Below, piece after piece: positions 1-11,582 of a stretch of DNA of 64,000 nt (within the stretch, counting starts at the first letter, position 1; the number at the start of each line of letters is the position of its first letter). Position numbers and translations under genes: made by a program. Origin of the DNA: Prochlorococcus sp. AG-679-M23. GTDB lineage: Bacteria; Cyanobacteriota; Cyanobacteriia; PCC-6307; Cyanobiaceae. The stretch spans positions 141,766 to 205,765 of the forward strand of contig QCUR01000003.1 in the NCBI GenBank assembly GCA_003208875.1. The letters are read 5' to 3'. The notes below the pieces were generated by a model. It did no database searches. It saw only the letters and a list, made by a program, of their open reading frames with translations, and had not been told where the DNA came from.

Positions 1-38
1 TGGAAACCAAATAATCTTCCAATAAAAACTTTTTTAAT

Positions 39-1517
39 ATGATCAAATTATTTAATACTTTAAGTAAAAACGTTGAAGTCTTTAAACCAATAGATGAAGT
101 AGTAAAAATATATTGTTGTGGCGTAACTGTTTATGATTTATGTCATCTTGGGCATGCAAGAAGTTATATAGCTTGGGATGTTCTTAGAAGGTTTTTAATT
201 TACAGAAATTATAAAGTTAAGTTTGTCCAGAATTTTACTGATATCGACGATAAGATTTTAAAAATAGCAAGAGAAGAAAATTGTTCAATGCAGGAAGTTT
301 CTCAAAAAAACATCATTGAATTTCATAAAGATATGGATTCATTGGGGATTATGAGACCAGACAGCATGCCTACTGCGACCAACTCTATTTTAAGCATCGT
401 TGAGTTAATTAAAATTTTAGAGAGTAAAGGATATGCATATTCTGTTGACGGAGATGTTTATTATTCAGTACTTAAAAATAAAAATTATGGGCAACTAAGT
501 AATCAAAATATTCAAGAACAAAATGTTAATCAACAGGGAAGAATTTCTGTGACGGAAAAAAGCAAAAAAGAGGCTCCTCAAGATTTCGCTCTATGGAAAA
601 ATGCAAAAGCTAATGAACCATCTTTTAATTCTCCATGGGGTCAAGGAAGGCCTGGATGGCATATTGAATGTTCAGCAATGGTAAAAGATGAATTAGGAGA
701 AACAATTGATATCCATTTAGGTGGATCTGATCTTATCTTTCCTCACCATGAAAATGAGATTGCACAATCTGAATCGGCAAATAATAAAAAACTGGCAAAT
801 TATTGGCTACATAACGGAATGGTCAATGTAAACGGACAAAAGATGAGTAAATCATTGAAAAACTTCACCACAATAAGAGACTTATTAGAATCAGGAACAA
901 GTCCAATGGCTTTAAGATATTTTGTTTTAACCGTAAACTATAGAAAGCCACTCGATTTTACCGATGAGGCTTTGAAAAGTGCCTCCGAAGCATGGAAAAA
1001 TATTAATGTTGCTCTTTCTTTTTTTGATATTACTAAAAAAGAAAATCTATCGATTGAGGTAAAGGAAACTAATGAATTTGTTGAAGAAACATATAAAGAT
1101 ATGATCAATTATGAAATATCTCAAAAAAAGATAAAGTTTACTAATGCTTTAAATAACGACCTTAATACAGCAGGAGCAATTGCAATCATTTATGAATTAG
1201 CCAAACCACTAAAAAACTTTATAAATCAATTCCAAAGAATTAAAAACCTTGAAATAAATACTAATGAAAAATTTCATCTTAGAGAAACTTTTAAAACACT
1301 AGAAGAACTGACTGATGTTCTTGGATTAAAAAAAGAAGAAATAATAATCGACAACAGAATCAACGAAGATCAAATACTATCCCTCATTAATAAAAGATTG
1401 GTAGCAAAAAAGGAAAAAGATTATGCAGAAGCCGACAAAATAAGAAATTCATTAAAGGAAAAAGGCGTAGAACTCATAGATCAATCCCCTGAGCTTACAA
1501 CATGGGTAAGGATCTAA
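39..1517 (+). CDS. cysS: Cysteine--tRNA ligase
   Basis: HLGH and KMSKS class I signatures; GRPGWHIECSAM motif. Confidence 0.97.
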   Translation: MIKLFNTLSKNVEVFKPIDEVVKIYCCGVTVYDLCHLGHARSYIAWDVLRRFLIYRNYKVKFVQNFTDIDDKILKIAREENCSMQEVSQKNIIEFHKDMDSLGIMRPDSMPTATNSILSIVELIKILESKGYAYSVDGDVYYSVLKNKNYGQLSNQNIQEQNVNQQGRISVTEKSKKEAPQDFALWKNAKANEPSFNSPWGQGRPGWHIECSAMVKDELGETIDIHLGGSDLIFPHHENEIAQSESANNKKLANYWLHNGMVNVNGQKMSKSLKNFTTIRDLLESGTSPMALRYFVLTVNYRKPLDFTDEALKSASEAWKNINVALSFFDITKKENLSIEVKETNEFVEETYKDMINYEISQKKIKFTNALNNDLNTAGAIAIIYELAKPLKNFINQFQRIKNLEINTNEKFHLRETFKTLEELTDVLGLKKEEIIIDNRINEDQILSLINKRLVAKKEKDYAEADKIRNSLKEKGVELIDQSPELTTWVRI

Positions 1518-1599
1518 ATTTTAAGAAAAAACCCAATTTAAATTTTTTATTTTTTAAATTCACCTTTAAGTGGGAAAATATTATAAATATTAGAGAAAA

Positions 1600-2829
1600 T
1601 TGAAATACATTACTGTGCTGGGTTCAACAGGTTCAATTGGGACTCAAACTCTCGAAATAGTTAGTGAACTTCCTGATAAATTCAAAGTAGTGGCTCTTTC
1701 AGCAGGGAGAAATATAGACTTATTAACGGAGCAAGTTAGTCAACATAAACCAGAAGTTATTGCTATCGAGGATGAAAATCTTTTAACAGATTTAAAAAAT
1801 AATATTAACAATTTAGGAATAAGTAATCCTCCTATAGTTTTAGGTGGTCGAGAGGCGATTAATTCAGTGGCAGCATGGGATTCTGCCGATACTGTAATTA
1901 CTGGAATAGTAGGATGTGCTGGACTTATTCCGACGATGTCAGCTATTAAGGCTGGTAAAAATATTGCGCTTGCCAATAAAGAAACCTTAATTGCCGCGGG
2001 ATCTGTTGTTATACCTGCTTTAAAGGAAAGCAAAAGTAGACTTTTACCTGCGGACTCTGAGCATTCAGCTATCTTTCAATGCATACAAGGATTACCTAAT
2101 TATGAAAATGCCGATTTTTCAACAGGTCAAATCCCAAATGGTTTAAAAGCTATTCATTTAACTGCATCAGGAGGTGCTTTTAGAGATTGGGCAGTAGAGG
2201 ATTTAAAAAATGTCACAGTGGAAGATGCGACTTCCCATCCAAATTGGAGTATGGGGAGAAAAATAACTGTAGATTCTGCGACTCTTATGAACAAAGGATT
2301 AGAGGTTATTGAAGCACATTATCTTTTTGGGACGTCCTACGAAAATATTGAAATTGTTATACATCCTCAAAGTATTATTCATTCAATGATTGAGATGGAA
2401 GATTCTTCTGTCCTAGCTCAATTAGGATGGCCTGATATGAAGCTCCCAATTTTATATGCAATGAGTTGGCCAGAAAGATTTAAAACTAATTGGAAAAGAT
2501 TTAATTTAACTGAGATTGGGCAACTTACATTTAAAAAACCGGACGAAGTAAAATATCCATGTATGGGACTTGCATATTCAGCAGGAAAATGTTCAGGAAC
2601 AATGCCTGCAGTACTAAATGCTGCAAATGAAATGGCAGTAGATCAATTTCTAAAAGAAAAAATTTCTTTTCAAGAAATTCCTATCTTTATAAATAAAACT
2701 TGTGAATCACATTTAAATAAAATCAACTTAAATCCAAAGTTAGAAGATATTCTAGAGGTTGATAATTGGGCGAGGATTTTTGTTCAAGAAGAGATAAAAA
2801 AAGGCAAAAAATATATCAACGTAGGTTAA
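1600..2829 (+). CDS. dxr: 1-deoxy-D-xylulose-5-phosphate reductoisomerase
   Basis: [20 protein letters not shown] and [13 protein letters not shown] motifs. Confidence 0.97.
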   Translation: MKYITVLGSTGSIGTQTLEIVSELPDKFKVVALSAGRNIDLLTEQVSQHKPEVIAIEDENLLTDLKNNINNLGISNPPIVLGGREAINSVAAWDSADTVITGIVGCAGLIPTMSAIKAGKNIALANKETLIAAGSVVIPALKESKSRLLPADSEHSAIFQCIQGLPNYENADFSTGQIPNGLKAIHLTASGGAFRDWAVEDLKNVTVEDATSHPNWSMGRKITVDSATLMNKGLEVIEAHYLFGTSYENIEIVIHPQSIIHSMIEMEDSSVLAQLGWPDMKLPILYAMSWPERFKTNWKRFNLTEIGQLTFKKPDEVKYPCMGLAYSAGKCSGTMPAVLNAANEMAVDQFLKEKISFQEIPIFINKTCESHLNKINLNPKLEDILEVDNWARIFVQEEIKKGKKYINVG

Positions 2830-2834
2830 AAAAA

Positions 2835-3164
2835 GTGAACGTTCAAAAGCACTTATTACTTTGTGCAACGCCTACAAAACAAAAATGTTTTAAAGGCGAT
2901 GAAGGTAATAAGACTTGGGAATGTCTTAAAAAGACTTTAAAAAATTATGAGAATGATTCTTCTTCAAGAAATATACAAATAATGAGATCTAAAGTTGATT
3001 GTTTAAGGATATGTAAAAATGGACCAATTCTTCTTATTTGGCCTGATGGCATTTGGTATGAAAAAGTTTCTCCAGAAAAAGTATCAGAAATTTTCACCTC
3101 TCATGTAATTAATGGTAATCCAATCGAAAAGTGGATTTTCAAAAAAACTCCTTTTGAAAAATAA
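2835..3164 (+). CDS. Thioredoxin-like (2Fe-2S) ferredoxin
   Basis: Cys pattern LLLC..KCF..DCLRICKNGP..WPDGIWY; likely start is GTG at 2835 just after the dxr stop (track ORF begins 2766). Confidence 0.8.
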   Translation: MNVQKHLLLCATPTKQKCFKGDEGNKTWECLKKTLKNYENDSSSRNIQIMRSKVDCLRICKNGPILLIWPDGIWYEKVSPEKVSEIFTSHVINGNPIEKWIFKKTPFEK

Positions 3165-3183
3165 TTTTAAAAATATATATTTC

Positions 3184-4278
3184 TTAAAAACTTAAAAGCC
3201 AATTCTTAACTGCTTCATCAGACCAACAACCATTATTTGAATGAAAACCATTATGCCCCCCTTTATCAGTTATCAGAATAGTTAATTTATTAAATGATTC
3301 ATTCAAAGAATTTTTTAAATTTAAAGTAGATTGATATGGAACCCAAGGATCATCCTTAGCGTGGATTAAAAGAGTAGGGGGAAGATTCTTAATTAAATTT
3401 TGAATCCTAAAAATAGGTGAAGATTGATAATAATAATCCTCTAAAGATTTGAACCCCCAACTAGGTGCAGTGAAATTTGCATCAAATTCTCCTATCGTTT
3501 TTAAACCTTTAATTTTTTTACTCAAGCTACTTTTAGGCAATAAAATCCCTTCATTTTTAAATCCATCCCATAATTGCCTTTTCAAACGTTGCATTAACCA
3601 TTTTTGATATAAAAAATTTCGAGGCCTTTCTATACAATTGCTGCAAGATAATAAATCTAAAGGGCTACTAACGCAAGCCAATCCATCTAATAATTTTCTA
3701 CTACTATTTTTTGAGCTGTGGTCTAAGCAGGCATTAAGAAGAATAGTTCCTCCAAGGGATAATCCAACTCCAAATATAGGTAAATCTTCTTTGTTTTTTA
3801 AAGAATCTTTTAATTCAGAATTAAGAAGTTGTCTGAAAAATTTAAGCGCCAAAATAATATCATTCGAACATCTTGCGGAATAATTCCCTTTCGCCAAATA
3901 TCTGGCTGATCCAGCTCCTCTAAGATTTAATTTAAGAACTCCAAATCCATTATTAACTAACTTTCTAGCAATTCGTTTTAAACCAAAACGCCTAGTAGAT
4001 CCTCCTAATCCATGAGTAATAAGAACAATTCCTTTTAAACAATCTAAGTTCTCTGGGAACTCTAAGAACCCTAAAAGATAATCACCATCAAATTTTTTTG
4101 AGAGAATATTATTTATTGGTAAAAGTATTTTTTTATTTGTTTTAGCTTGGAGAAGATCAAAAATAAATGTATCTCTTAAAGTTTGAAGGTCCCCTCCAAT
4201 CCAAGGGAAAGCCTGTTTAAAAGGTCTTTTGTTTATATAATCTGAGAACTTAAATGAGAGATTACTATTTATCGCCAA
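3184..4278 (-). CDS. YheT-family alpha/beta hydrolase
   Basis: HGLGGS, GLSLGG nucleophile elbow, HAKDDPWVP, GGHNGF. Confidence 0.85.
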   Translation of the reverse strand: MAINSNLSFKFSDYINKRPFKQAFPWIGGDLQTLRDTFIFDLLQAKTNKKILLPINNILSKKFDGDYLLGFLEFPENLDCLKGIVLITHGLGGSTRRFGLKRIARKLVNNGFGVLKLNLRGAGSARYLAKGNYSARCSNDIILALKFFRQLLNSELKDSLKNKEDLPIFGVGLSLGGTILLNACLDHSSKNSSRKLLDGLACVSSPLDLLSCSNCIERPRNFLYQKWLMQRLKRQLWDGFKNEGILLPKSSLSKKIKGLKTIGEFDANFTAPSWGFKSLEDYYYQSSPIFRIQNLIKNLPPTLLIHAKDDPWVPYQSTLNLKNSLNESFNKLTILITDKGGHNGFHSNNGCWSDEAVKNWLLSF

Positions 4279-5701
4279 CTCCTAGATCCTTTAATTCTCC
4301 AATTAACTCACTTAAAACTTTCTTGGCATCACCAAAAACCATAGAGGTATTTGGCAAGTCAAACAAATCATTTTTTATACCCGAATAACCAGCGCTCATT
4401 CCTCTTTTTATTACAAAGACTGTTCTTGCTTCCTGGACATCAAGAACAGGCATTCCGTATAAAGGAGAACTCTTGTCATTTTTTGCTTGAGGATTAACAA
4501 CATCATTTGCGCCTAAGACCAAAACAACATCTGTTGCTGGGAATTCAGGATTAACAACATCCATTTCTTTGAGTTGTTCATAAGGAACATCTGCTTCTGC
4601 CAAAAGAACATTCATATGGCCTGGCATTCTTCCTGCTACAGGATGAATCGCATATACAACTTCAATACCATTTTGTTCTAGTTTTTTTGTTACTTCTCTC
4701 AAAGTATGTTGTGCTTGAGCCACAGCAAGACCATATCCGGGAACAACGATCACTCTATTTGCTGCCTCTAATGTTAATGCACATTCTTCAACACTACAGG
4801 AAGTTATATTTGTATATTCCCCTGATCCAGAAGATGTAGTAGTTTGTGCAGATAAAGAGCCTCCAAAAAGGACAGAAATCAGAGATCTGTTCATTCCTTT
4901 GCACATTACCTGAGTTAATATCAAGCCTGCTGCTCCCACCATTGCTCCAGCTACAATTAAAAGCTGACTGTCTACTACAAAACCTGCAGCTGCAGCTGCG
5001 ATACCTGAATAGCTATTTAAAAGAGATATAACAACCGGCATATCTGCACCACCAATTGGCAAAGTTACCCCAATTCCTAAAAGAGTAGAGGCTATAACTA
5101 AAAGCCAAATCGAACTAACATTACCGCTTATTAGGTATATGAAAGATATCAATGAAGTTACTCCAAAAACAATGTTTACAAAATGTCTAGCTTTAACCTG
5201 AGTCCATCCAGGGGTGGACAGCCAACCTTGTAATTTAGCCATTGCCACGATTGAACCTGAAAAAGTAATCGCACCAACAAATATTGAAACTGAAATTGAA
5301 GCATCATTAATAAAAGGTTCTAAAGATCCTGCTTTCGCTACTTCATTAAAAGGGAATAAAAATGCACCAATAGCTACCAATAGAGAAGACATTCCGCCAA
5401 AACCATTGAACAAAGCTACAGTCTCTGGCATTGATGTCATTGGAACCTTCTTAGCAAGTAAAGTTCCTAACAAACTTCCCACTAAGGATCCAACAATGAT
5501 CCATGCCCATGATTGAGATGGGATTCCAGAAGTACCTAGATAGTAGGAGAGTAAACCTACAACAGAAAGCAACATAGCAAATGCTGCTAATATATTTGCT
5601 TCTCTAGCAGACCTAACTTTTGATAACCCTTTTATACCAAGTGCTAATAAAAGAACTGCTAGAAGATCTATAACGAATTTAATAATATCAGGAAGATTCA
5701 T
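4265..5701 (-). CDS. pntB: NAD(P) transhydrogenase subunit beta
   Basis: IGGADMPVVISLLNSYSG, VPGYGLAVAQAQ, HPVAGRMPGHMNVLLAEA. Confidence 0.97.
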   Translation of the reverse strand: MNLPDIIKFVIDLLAVLLLALGIKGLSKVRSAREANILAAFAMLLSVVGLLSYYLGTSGIPSQSWAWIIVGSLVGSLLGTLLAKKVPMTSMPETVALFNGFGGMSSLLVAIGAFLFPFNEVAKAGSLEPFINDASISVSIFVGAITFSGSIVAMAKLQGWLSTPGWTQVKARHFVNIVFGVTSLISFIYLISGNVSSIWLLVIASTLLGIGVTLPIGGADMPVVISLLNSYSGIAAAAAGFVVDSQLLIVAGAMVGAAGLILTQVMCKGMNRSLISVLFGGSLSAQTTTSSGSGEYTNITSCSVEECALTLEAANRVIVVPGYGLAVAQAQHTLREVTKKLEQNGIEVVYAIHPVAGRMPGHMNVLLAEADVPYEQLKEMDVVNPEFPATDVVLVLGANDVVNPQAKNDKSSPLYGMPVLDVQEARTVFVIKRGMSAGYSGIKNDLFDLPNTSMVFGDAKKVLSELIGELKDLGVGDK

Positions 5702-5718
5702 TTTATGTAATTAATTGA

Positions 5719-6015
5719 TTATTTATTTTTTTTTGTAGGTTTACGACTAAACATTGCAAGCATTCTGTCCGTTACAAAAAACCCACCTACAACGTTAAAA
5801 AGGGCAAATCCAAGAGATATTGATCCGATTATTAATAATGGACTATTTGGCTCTGCTTTTATAATTGCAGTTAATGCTGCCAACATTGTTATACCTGAGA
5901 TGGCATTTGCCCCACTCATTAAAGGTGTATGAAGTGTTGGAGGTACTTTTCCTATTAACTCCAGACCTAATAAACTTCCAAGCAATAAAACCCAGAGCAA
6001 GCTATCAAAATTCAT
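5719..6015 (-). CDS. pntA: NAD(P) transhydrogenase subunit alpha part 2
   Basis: LHTPLMSGANAISG and NVVGGFFVTDRML. Confidence 0.95.
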   Translation of the reverse strand: MNFDSLLWVLLLGSLLGLELIGKVPPTLHTPLMSGANAISGITMLAALTAIIKAEPNSPLLIIGSISLGFALFNVVGGFFVTDRMLAMFSRKPTKKNK

Positions 6016-6030
6016 AATTTAATTAAGACC

Positions 6031-7161
6031 TCAATTTTCAAAAACTTTATTTTGAAGGATAACTCCTTCATTACTTAATAAACAGCCAGAGATTAATTCA
6101 TCCTCTTTATCTAGATTAATTACACCATCTTTTATGAAAGGTGTAATCAAAGATGTGAGGTTCTTAGCATAAAGTGTACTTGCATCATAAGGAACAGATG
6201 ATGGTAACTCGCCAGCTCCTATTAGCTTTACGCCATTCCTAATAATAGTTTCATTAGATTTTGTTCCTTCGCAATTACCTCCTTGAGATACGGCCAAATC
6301 AATAACTACTGCTCCAGGTCGCATCTTTTCAATCATATTAGAATCGATTAAAACAGGAGCTTTTTTACCTAAGACTTGTGCAGTACAAACAGCAACATCA
6401 GCTTCGGATAAATATTTAGTTAACGTAGCCTTTTGTTTAGAAAGGAATTCAGGCGTAACTGCTTTTGCATAACCACCTGATTCGCCTGGTTTTTCGTCAA
6501 TTTCAGGAAGTTCTATAAATCTTGCTCCAAGAGATTCAACTTGCTCTTTTACAGCTGGCCTAATATCTGAAACGAAAACAATAGCTCCAAGTCTTTTTGC
6601 AGTAGCAACTGCCTGCAATCCTGCAACCCCTCCACCAAGAACAACAACTTTCGCAGGCTGTACAGTTCCTGCTGCAGTCATAAGCATCGGAAAATATCTA
6701 TCAAGTTCACTTGCTGCTAAAAGAACTGCTTTATATCCTGCGATATTGGCTTGAGAAGAAAGTACATCCGATGATTGAGCTCTACTAATCCTTGGAAGTA
6801 ATTCCATTGATAAAGCTGAGATCTTTTGACTAGTTATAGTTTTTTGAAGTTTTTCATTAGCATATGGATTTAAAAGGCCTACTAGAATAGCACCTTTTTT
6901 TAACTTGCTTAAATTAGATTCAGAAGGAGGTTGAACACAAAAAACAACATCGACATTTTCCCAAATATTTATATTAGATTCACTAACAATTTCACCTCCA
7001 GATTCTTTGTATAAAGTGTTGTTAAACCCTGATAGTTCTCCAGCTGAACTTTCTACAAAAACTTCGCATCCAAGACCCTTTAATTTTTTTACAGCTGAGG
7101 GAGTAGCTGAAACTCTTCTCTCTCCAGAGGCTGTTTCAATAGGAATGAGTATCTTTGTCAA
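6031..7161 (-). CDS. pntA: NAD(P) transhydrogenase subunit alpha part 1
   Basis: ERRVSATP, PRISRAQSSDVLSSQANIAGYKAV, GGGVAGL. Confidence 0.95.
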   Translation of the reverse strand: MTKILIPIETASGERRVSATPSAVKKLKGLGCEVFVESSAGELSGFNNTLYKESGGEIVSESNINIWENVDVVFCVQPPSESNLSKLKKGAILVGLLNPYANEKLQKTITSQKISALSMELLPRISRAQSSDVLSSQANIAGYKAVLLAASELDRYFPMLMTAAGTVQPAKVVVLGGGVAGLQAVATAKRLGAIVFVSDIRPAVKEQVESLGARFIELPEIDEKPGESGGYAKAVTPEFLSKQKATLTKYLSEADVAVCTAQVLGKKAPVLIDSNMIEKMRPGAVVIDLAVSQGGNCEGTKSNETIIRNGVKLIGAGELPSSVPYDASTLYAKNLTSLITPFIKDGVINLDKEDELISGCLLSNEGVILQNKVFEN

Positions 7162-7293
7162 TTTATAGTTGTTTTAAACATACTAAAGATAAATTGAATA
7201 AAGTCAAAAGTCTTGGAGTTTGAGTTTTGTTAAAAATATATTTTCTTTTCTTTAAATCATGGCTATGAAAATTATATAAGTATTAAAAATCTA

Positions 7294-7872
7294 ATGAGCA
7301 TAAAAGCTATCGAATGCCCAGATGGAGTTTGTCATAGTCATCATGGCGGTCATGCTGTTCCAAGACAAACCATGCAGAGAAACTTAGAGAAACATGGTAA
7401 AGACTGGTGTGAAAAACTAGCTGAAAGAATTTATGAAATGTCAGTTGATACCTATTCTCAAACAGTAATGCCTAGCCTTCATTCATCAGGATGGCAAAGA
7501 AGACATCTAGATTGGGAATTTAAATTAGCCGAAAATGACTCTGAACCTGATGAAGCTCTTGTTGAAGGAATCATAAATGCTACTGAAAGTTTTCTAAGAA
7601 GCAGTGAGGTGCATAGATTATTCATACAAGAACTCGTACAGGGTACGTTTGAAGAAGCGAATGATAAAAAAATAATTTCTAAAGCTATAAAGTCTATTAT
7701 TGAAGAGGAAATAGTTATTTCGTTAAGAGAAAAAAAAGAAATTCTTTTAAGAAAAATATCATCAAAATTAGTTTCTGAAGAAAAAGTTAGCGAGGAGCTT
7801 GCAATAAATTCAGCGAAAGAAGGATTTGATGAAGTTGAAAGGTTACTCGTTAATCATACAGAGGCAGTTTAG
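7294..7872 (+). CDS. Conserved picocyanobacterial hypothetical protein with N-terminal Cys/His motif
   Basis: 192-aa ORF; N-terminus CPDGVCHSHHGGH. Confidence 0.75.
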   Translation: MSIKAIECPDGVCHSHHGGHAVPRQTMQRNLEKHGKDWCEKLAERIYEMSVDTYSQTVMPSLHSSGWQRRHLDWEFKLAENDSEPDEALVEGIINATESFLRSSEVHRLFIQELVQGTFEEANDKKIISKAIKSIIEEEIVISLREKKEILLRKISSKLVSEEKVSEELAINSAKEGFDEVERLLVNHTEAV

Positions 7873-8027
7873 ATCAAATTCTTTATATTTTTTTTATATT
7901 CACAGCAAATATAGGCTCAAATATTAACTAAATATTAAATTATTGTTTGAAAGTACAAAGTTGTAACTTATTAGACAATGATTTAACCAAACCATATGCT
8001 TATCTATAGTCAATTCCAAAGCAGGAA

Positions 8028-8264
8028 ATGTCTAATTTTATAAGGAAAAGAATTGATGTAGCAACCTGTTGGGCAACCAACAGAATATCCGTAATGGATA
8101 CTCTAGAAAAATACGAGGATAGTTACGCAATTGCAGAGGAGTTCAGAGAATGGATATTGCATATTGGTGAAGAAAATGAAAACCTAAAAAGTTCTGTATT
8201 AAATTTTCCTAATGAATTAAAAGAATTATTAAATCAAAAGATAAATGAGAACTTAATCGAGTGA
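8028..8264 (+). CDS. Hypothetical protein
   Basis: 78-aa ATG ORF with upstream AGGA, filling the gap before trxB. Confidence 0.7.
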   Translation: MSNFIRKRIDVATCWATNRISVMDTLEKYEDSYAIAEEFREWILHIGEENENLKSSVLNFPNELKELLNQKINENLIE

Positions 8265-8321
8265 AATCCGACCTTCATAAGTAGGGCTAATTGATTAATA
8301 TTAGAGAATATAAATATCTAA

Positions 8322-9698
8322 ATGGAAACAAAAGTGAAAGAGGACAATGTAGAAAATTTAGTGATAATAGGCTCTGGTCCAGCAGGTTATACAGCTGCTA
8401 TATATGCAGCCCGTGCAAACCTTCAACCTCTTTTAGTAACGGGATTTAATTCTGGTGGAATTCCAGGTGGTCAATTAATGACGACTACTTTCGTTGAAAA
8501 CTATCCAGGTTTTCCTGATGGAGTATTAGGTCCTGAATTAATGGATTTAATGAAAGCTCAAGCCGAAAGATGGGGTACAAATTTATATGAAAGTGATGTT
8601 ATTTCAATTGATACCAGCAAAAGTCCTTTTGAGTTACAAACCTTAGAAGGAGTCATTAAATCCAATTCAATTATTATCGCAACTGGCGCAAGTGCTAACA
8701 GGTTAGGAGTTATAAATGAAGATAAATTTTGGAGCAAAGGGATAAGTGCCTGCGCAATTTGTGATGGAGCGACGCCACAGTTTAGAGATGAAGAATTAGC
8801 AGTTATTGGAGGCGGAGATTCTGCATGTGAAGAAGCTGCATATCTCACAAAATATGGTAGCAAGGTGCATTTACTCGTTAGATCCGAAAAACTGAGAGCT
8901 AGTGCAGCAATGATAGATAGAGTAAAAGCTAATTCAAAGATTGAGATACACTGGAACACAAAAGTAGAGAAAGCTAATGGTACTGATTGGCTTGAAAACG
9001 TTGAAACCATTAACTCACAAAAAGGTAACGTCGAAATTAAAGTTAAAGGACTTTTTTATGCTATTGGACACACACCCAATACAAAGTTTTTAAATAATAA
9101 AATTGAATTAGATAAAAAAGGATATATCGCTTGTAAATCAGGGAGACCAGAAACTTCAATAGAAGGTATATTTGCGGCTGGCGATGTTGTAGATTCTGAG
9201 TGGAGACAAGGGGTTACAGCTGCTGGGACAGGATGCATGGCAGCATTAGCTGCTGAGAGATGGTTAGCAGAGAAGAATTTATCAAAAATAATTGTTAGAG
9301 AAACAAGCGAGCCAGAGAAAACATTGTCTTCATCAAGTTTCAATGAAGAGGAGACAAATGAAGATACGTTCGATTTAAATTCCGAATGGCAAAAAGGTAG
9401 TTACGCACTGAGGAAGCTTTATCATGAGAGTAATAAACCAATATTAGTTATTTTTAGCTCACCAAGTTGTGGACCATGCCATGTATTAAAACCACAACTT
9501 AAAAGAGTGATTAAGGAATTTGATGGAGCTGTACAAGGTATAGAAATTGATATAGATAAAGATCAGGAAATCGCTAAACAAGCAGGAATAAATGGAACTC
9601 CTACAATACAACTATTTAAAGAAAAATTACTTAAAAAACAGTGGCAGGGTGTTAAACAACGTAGTGAATTCAAAGAAGCGATACAAAATATCATTTGA
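8322..9698 (+). CDS. trxB: NADPH thioredoxin reductase fused to a C-terminal thioredoxin domain (NTRC-type)
   Basis: [14 protein letters not shown] reductase site, C-terminal CGPC domain. Confidence 0.95.
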   Translation: METKVKEDNVENLVIIGSGPAGYTAAIYAARANLQPLLVTGFNSGGIPGGQLMTTTFVENYPGFPDGVLGPELMDLMKAQAERWGTNLYESDVISIDTSKSPFELQTLEGVIKSNSIIIATGASANRLGVINEDKFWSKGISACAICDGATPQFRDEELAVIGGGDSACEEAAYLTKYGSKVHLLVRSEKLRASAAMIDRVKANSKIEIHWNTKVEKANGTDWLENVETINSQKGNVEIKVKGLFYAIGHTPNTKFLNNKIELDKKGYIACKSGRPETSIEGIFAAGDVVDSEWRQGVTAAGTGCMAALAAERWLAEKNLSKIIVRETSEPEKTLSSSSFNEEETNEDTFDLNSEWQKGSYALRKLYHESNKPILVIFSSPSCGPCHVLKPQLKRVIKEFDGAVQGIEIDIDKDQEIAKQAGINGTPTIQLFKEKLLKKQWQGVKQRSEFKEAIQNII

Positions 9699-9714
9699 GC
9701 AAATTATTTATTAT

Positions 9715-9981
9715 TTATTTCCTTCTAGCATTATTTTTAGAATTTCCAGTTCTTGGGCCACCACCTCCTGCATTTCTTTCACGATAGGTGATCCTTCCTC
9801 TTGTTAGATCATAAGGACTTATCTCCACAAGTACCTTATCTCCGGCTAACAATTTAATTCTAAATTTAGTTAACTTACCTGCTGCTCTGCATAAACATTG
9901 GTGACCTTCAGGTTGCTCTAAAGTAACCAAATAAAAACCATTTCCTTGTTCTTTTTCTATCACACCAGATGTTTCGATCAT
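9715..9981 (-). CDS. infA: Translation initiation factor IF-1
   Basis: RIKLLAGDKVLVEISPYDLTRGRITYR. Confidence 0.95.
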   Translation of the reverse strand: MIETSGVIEKEQGNGFYLVTLEQPEGHQCLCRAAGKLTKFRIKLLAGDKVLVEISPYDLTRGRITYRERNAGGGGPRTGNSKNNARRK

Positions 9982-10085
9982 TAAATAATTTATTTTCTAG
10001 ATTTATATTATCAGAAAAGAATAAACAAAATTTACCTCAACATAATTACGTCAGATGAAATAAATTAATTGCAAAGAATTTTGAT

Positions 10086-10298
10086 TTATACAAAAAATTT
10101 TATTTCATTAATTATTTGTAACTGACCATAATAAAAATTTGCCTTTGCAATTTTTTCAGGATCATCTAGTTGATCGAAAAAGACAAATCCTAAACTCTCC
10201 CATAAAGATGAGCCACAAACATTATTTAATTCATTAGTTGCCTCTTGAGCGATATTATTCAACTTACGCTCAAGATTTTTAGATTTAGAAATTGACAT
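10086..10298 (-). CDS. Hypothetical protein
   Basis: 70-aa ORF co-oriented between ycf39 and infA. Confidence 0.6.
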   Translation of the reverse strand: MSISKSKNLERKLNNIAQEATNELNNVCGSSLWESLGFVFFDQLDDPEKIAKANFYYGQLQIINEIKFFV

Positions 10299-10350
10299 CA
10301 GAAAAACTATTTATAGTACAAATATACTATAAAACTTACTTAATGCAACC

Positions 10351-11313
10351 TTAGAAAGGGAGTCTCTTTTTTTCTTCAATATTTAGATCAGCTTCCATTT
10401 CTTTAAGTCTTTTTAAAATCTGCTGATAATATTCTTTAATGTAACTTTCTAGAGAAGTAGAATCTTCTTTTTTAAGTTCTAACACTTCATAAGTATTACT
10501 CATATCAGCGTCTAAGGGGACTCCACTACTAGTAACTTCAGCGAAGGCTAATCTTTCAGAAACATTTAGTGCATCTTGAAAAAATGAAACCACATTTTGA
10601 GTTGCTTTTATTAGAAAAGGCGAAACTCTAAAAATCTTTGCTTTCTTATTACTATATTTTTCGCATAAAGAAATTACTTCATCAGAATCCCAGGCCCTTG
10701 GTCCAACTAAAGGAAGTGAAAGCTTATAAGATTTTGGCTTATTTATTGAGGAAACGACAATTTTAGCCATATCTTGGGTGTTCATATACGCGATTTTAGT
10801 TGGGGTGCCACTCATCCATACGGCTTGACTGTCTAAAACAGGTATAGCGAATTGACTAATGACACCTTGCATAAAAGCAGCGCATTTGAAAATTGTATAG
10901 TCAAAATTAGATTTCTCTAGAAGTTTTTCAGTGCAATACTTAACATCCATTAAGGGTACATTTCTAAACTTTTCTGTTGATAAAATCGAGAAAAAAATAA
11001 CCCTTTTTATTTTTTTCGATTCACAAGCATTAAAAAGATTAAGTTTACCGTCCCAGTCAGTTTCATATATACTTTTGGAATCTTCGGGTCTTCCAGTTGC
11101 GCTATCAATAACTACTTCAATATCTTGTAGAGCATAATCTATATCACCAGAGTTTAGTAAATTTCCTTTTGTAAGTTCACAACCCCATTCTTGGAGAAAA
11201 GAAGCTTTCCTAGGATTCCTAACGAAACATCTAACTTCATGCCCTTCTTCAATAGCTTGTTTTGCTATCTGCCTTCCAAGAGTTCCTGTTGCACCTACTA
11301 AAAGAATCTTCAT
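10351..11313 (-). CDS. ycf39: Ycf39-like NAD(P)H-binding atypical SDR
   Basis: GATGTLGRQ Rossmann motif, FLQEWG, WDGK, VPLMDVKYCTE; adjacent to petM. Confidence 0.85.
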   Translation of the reverse strand: MKILLVGATGTLGRQIAKQAIEEGHEVRCFVRNPRKASFLQEWGCELTKGNLLNSGDIDYALQDIEVVIDSATGRPEDSKSIYETDWDGKLNLFNACESKKIKRVIFFSILSTEKFRNVPLMDVKYCTEKLLEKSNFDYTIFKCAAFMQGVISQFAIPVLDSQAVWMSGTPTKIAYMNTQDMAKIVVSSINKPKSYKLSLPLVGPRAWDSDEVISLCEKYSNKKAKIFRVSPFLIKATQNVVSFFQDALNVSERLAFAEVTSSGVPLDADMSNTYEVLELKKEDSTSLESYIKEYYQQILKRLKEMEADLNIEEKKRLPF

Positions 11314-11371
11314 ACTTAAGGATGTTCTTAACTTTTCGAGATTAACTCACTTTCTATAGTATTCGTGAGAA

Positions 11372-11470
11372 TCAATCTCCTTGAAATTTTAATAATAATG
11401 CACCACCAACCAATCCAATTGGTATCAATATCCAAAACACAGCAGCAATACTAAAAATTTCTTTGGCCAT
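11372..11470 (-). CDS. petM: Cytochrome b6f subunit VII
   Basis: Not in track; my translation [32 protein letters not shown]. Confidence 0.9.
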
Positions 11471-11582
11471 AGGAAACTTAATCAATTATTATAATTTAAC
11501 GTTTATATGCATTTTTTTGTAGAAAAAATAACTAATGCAAATATCTTTAAATTATTTAAGAGAGGAATAAAGGGTTATTTAT

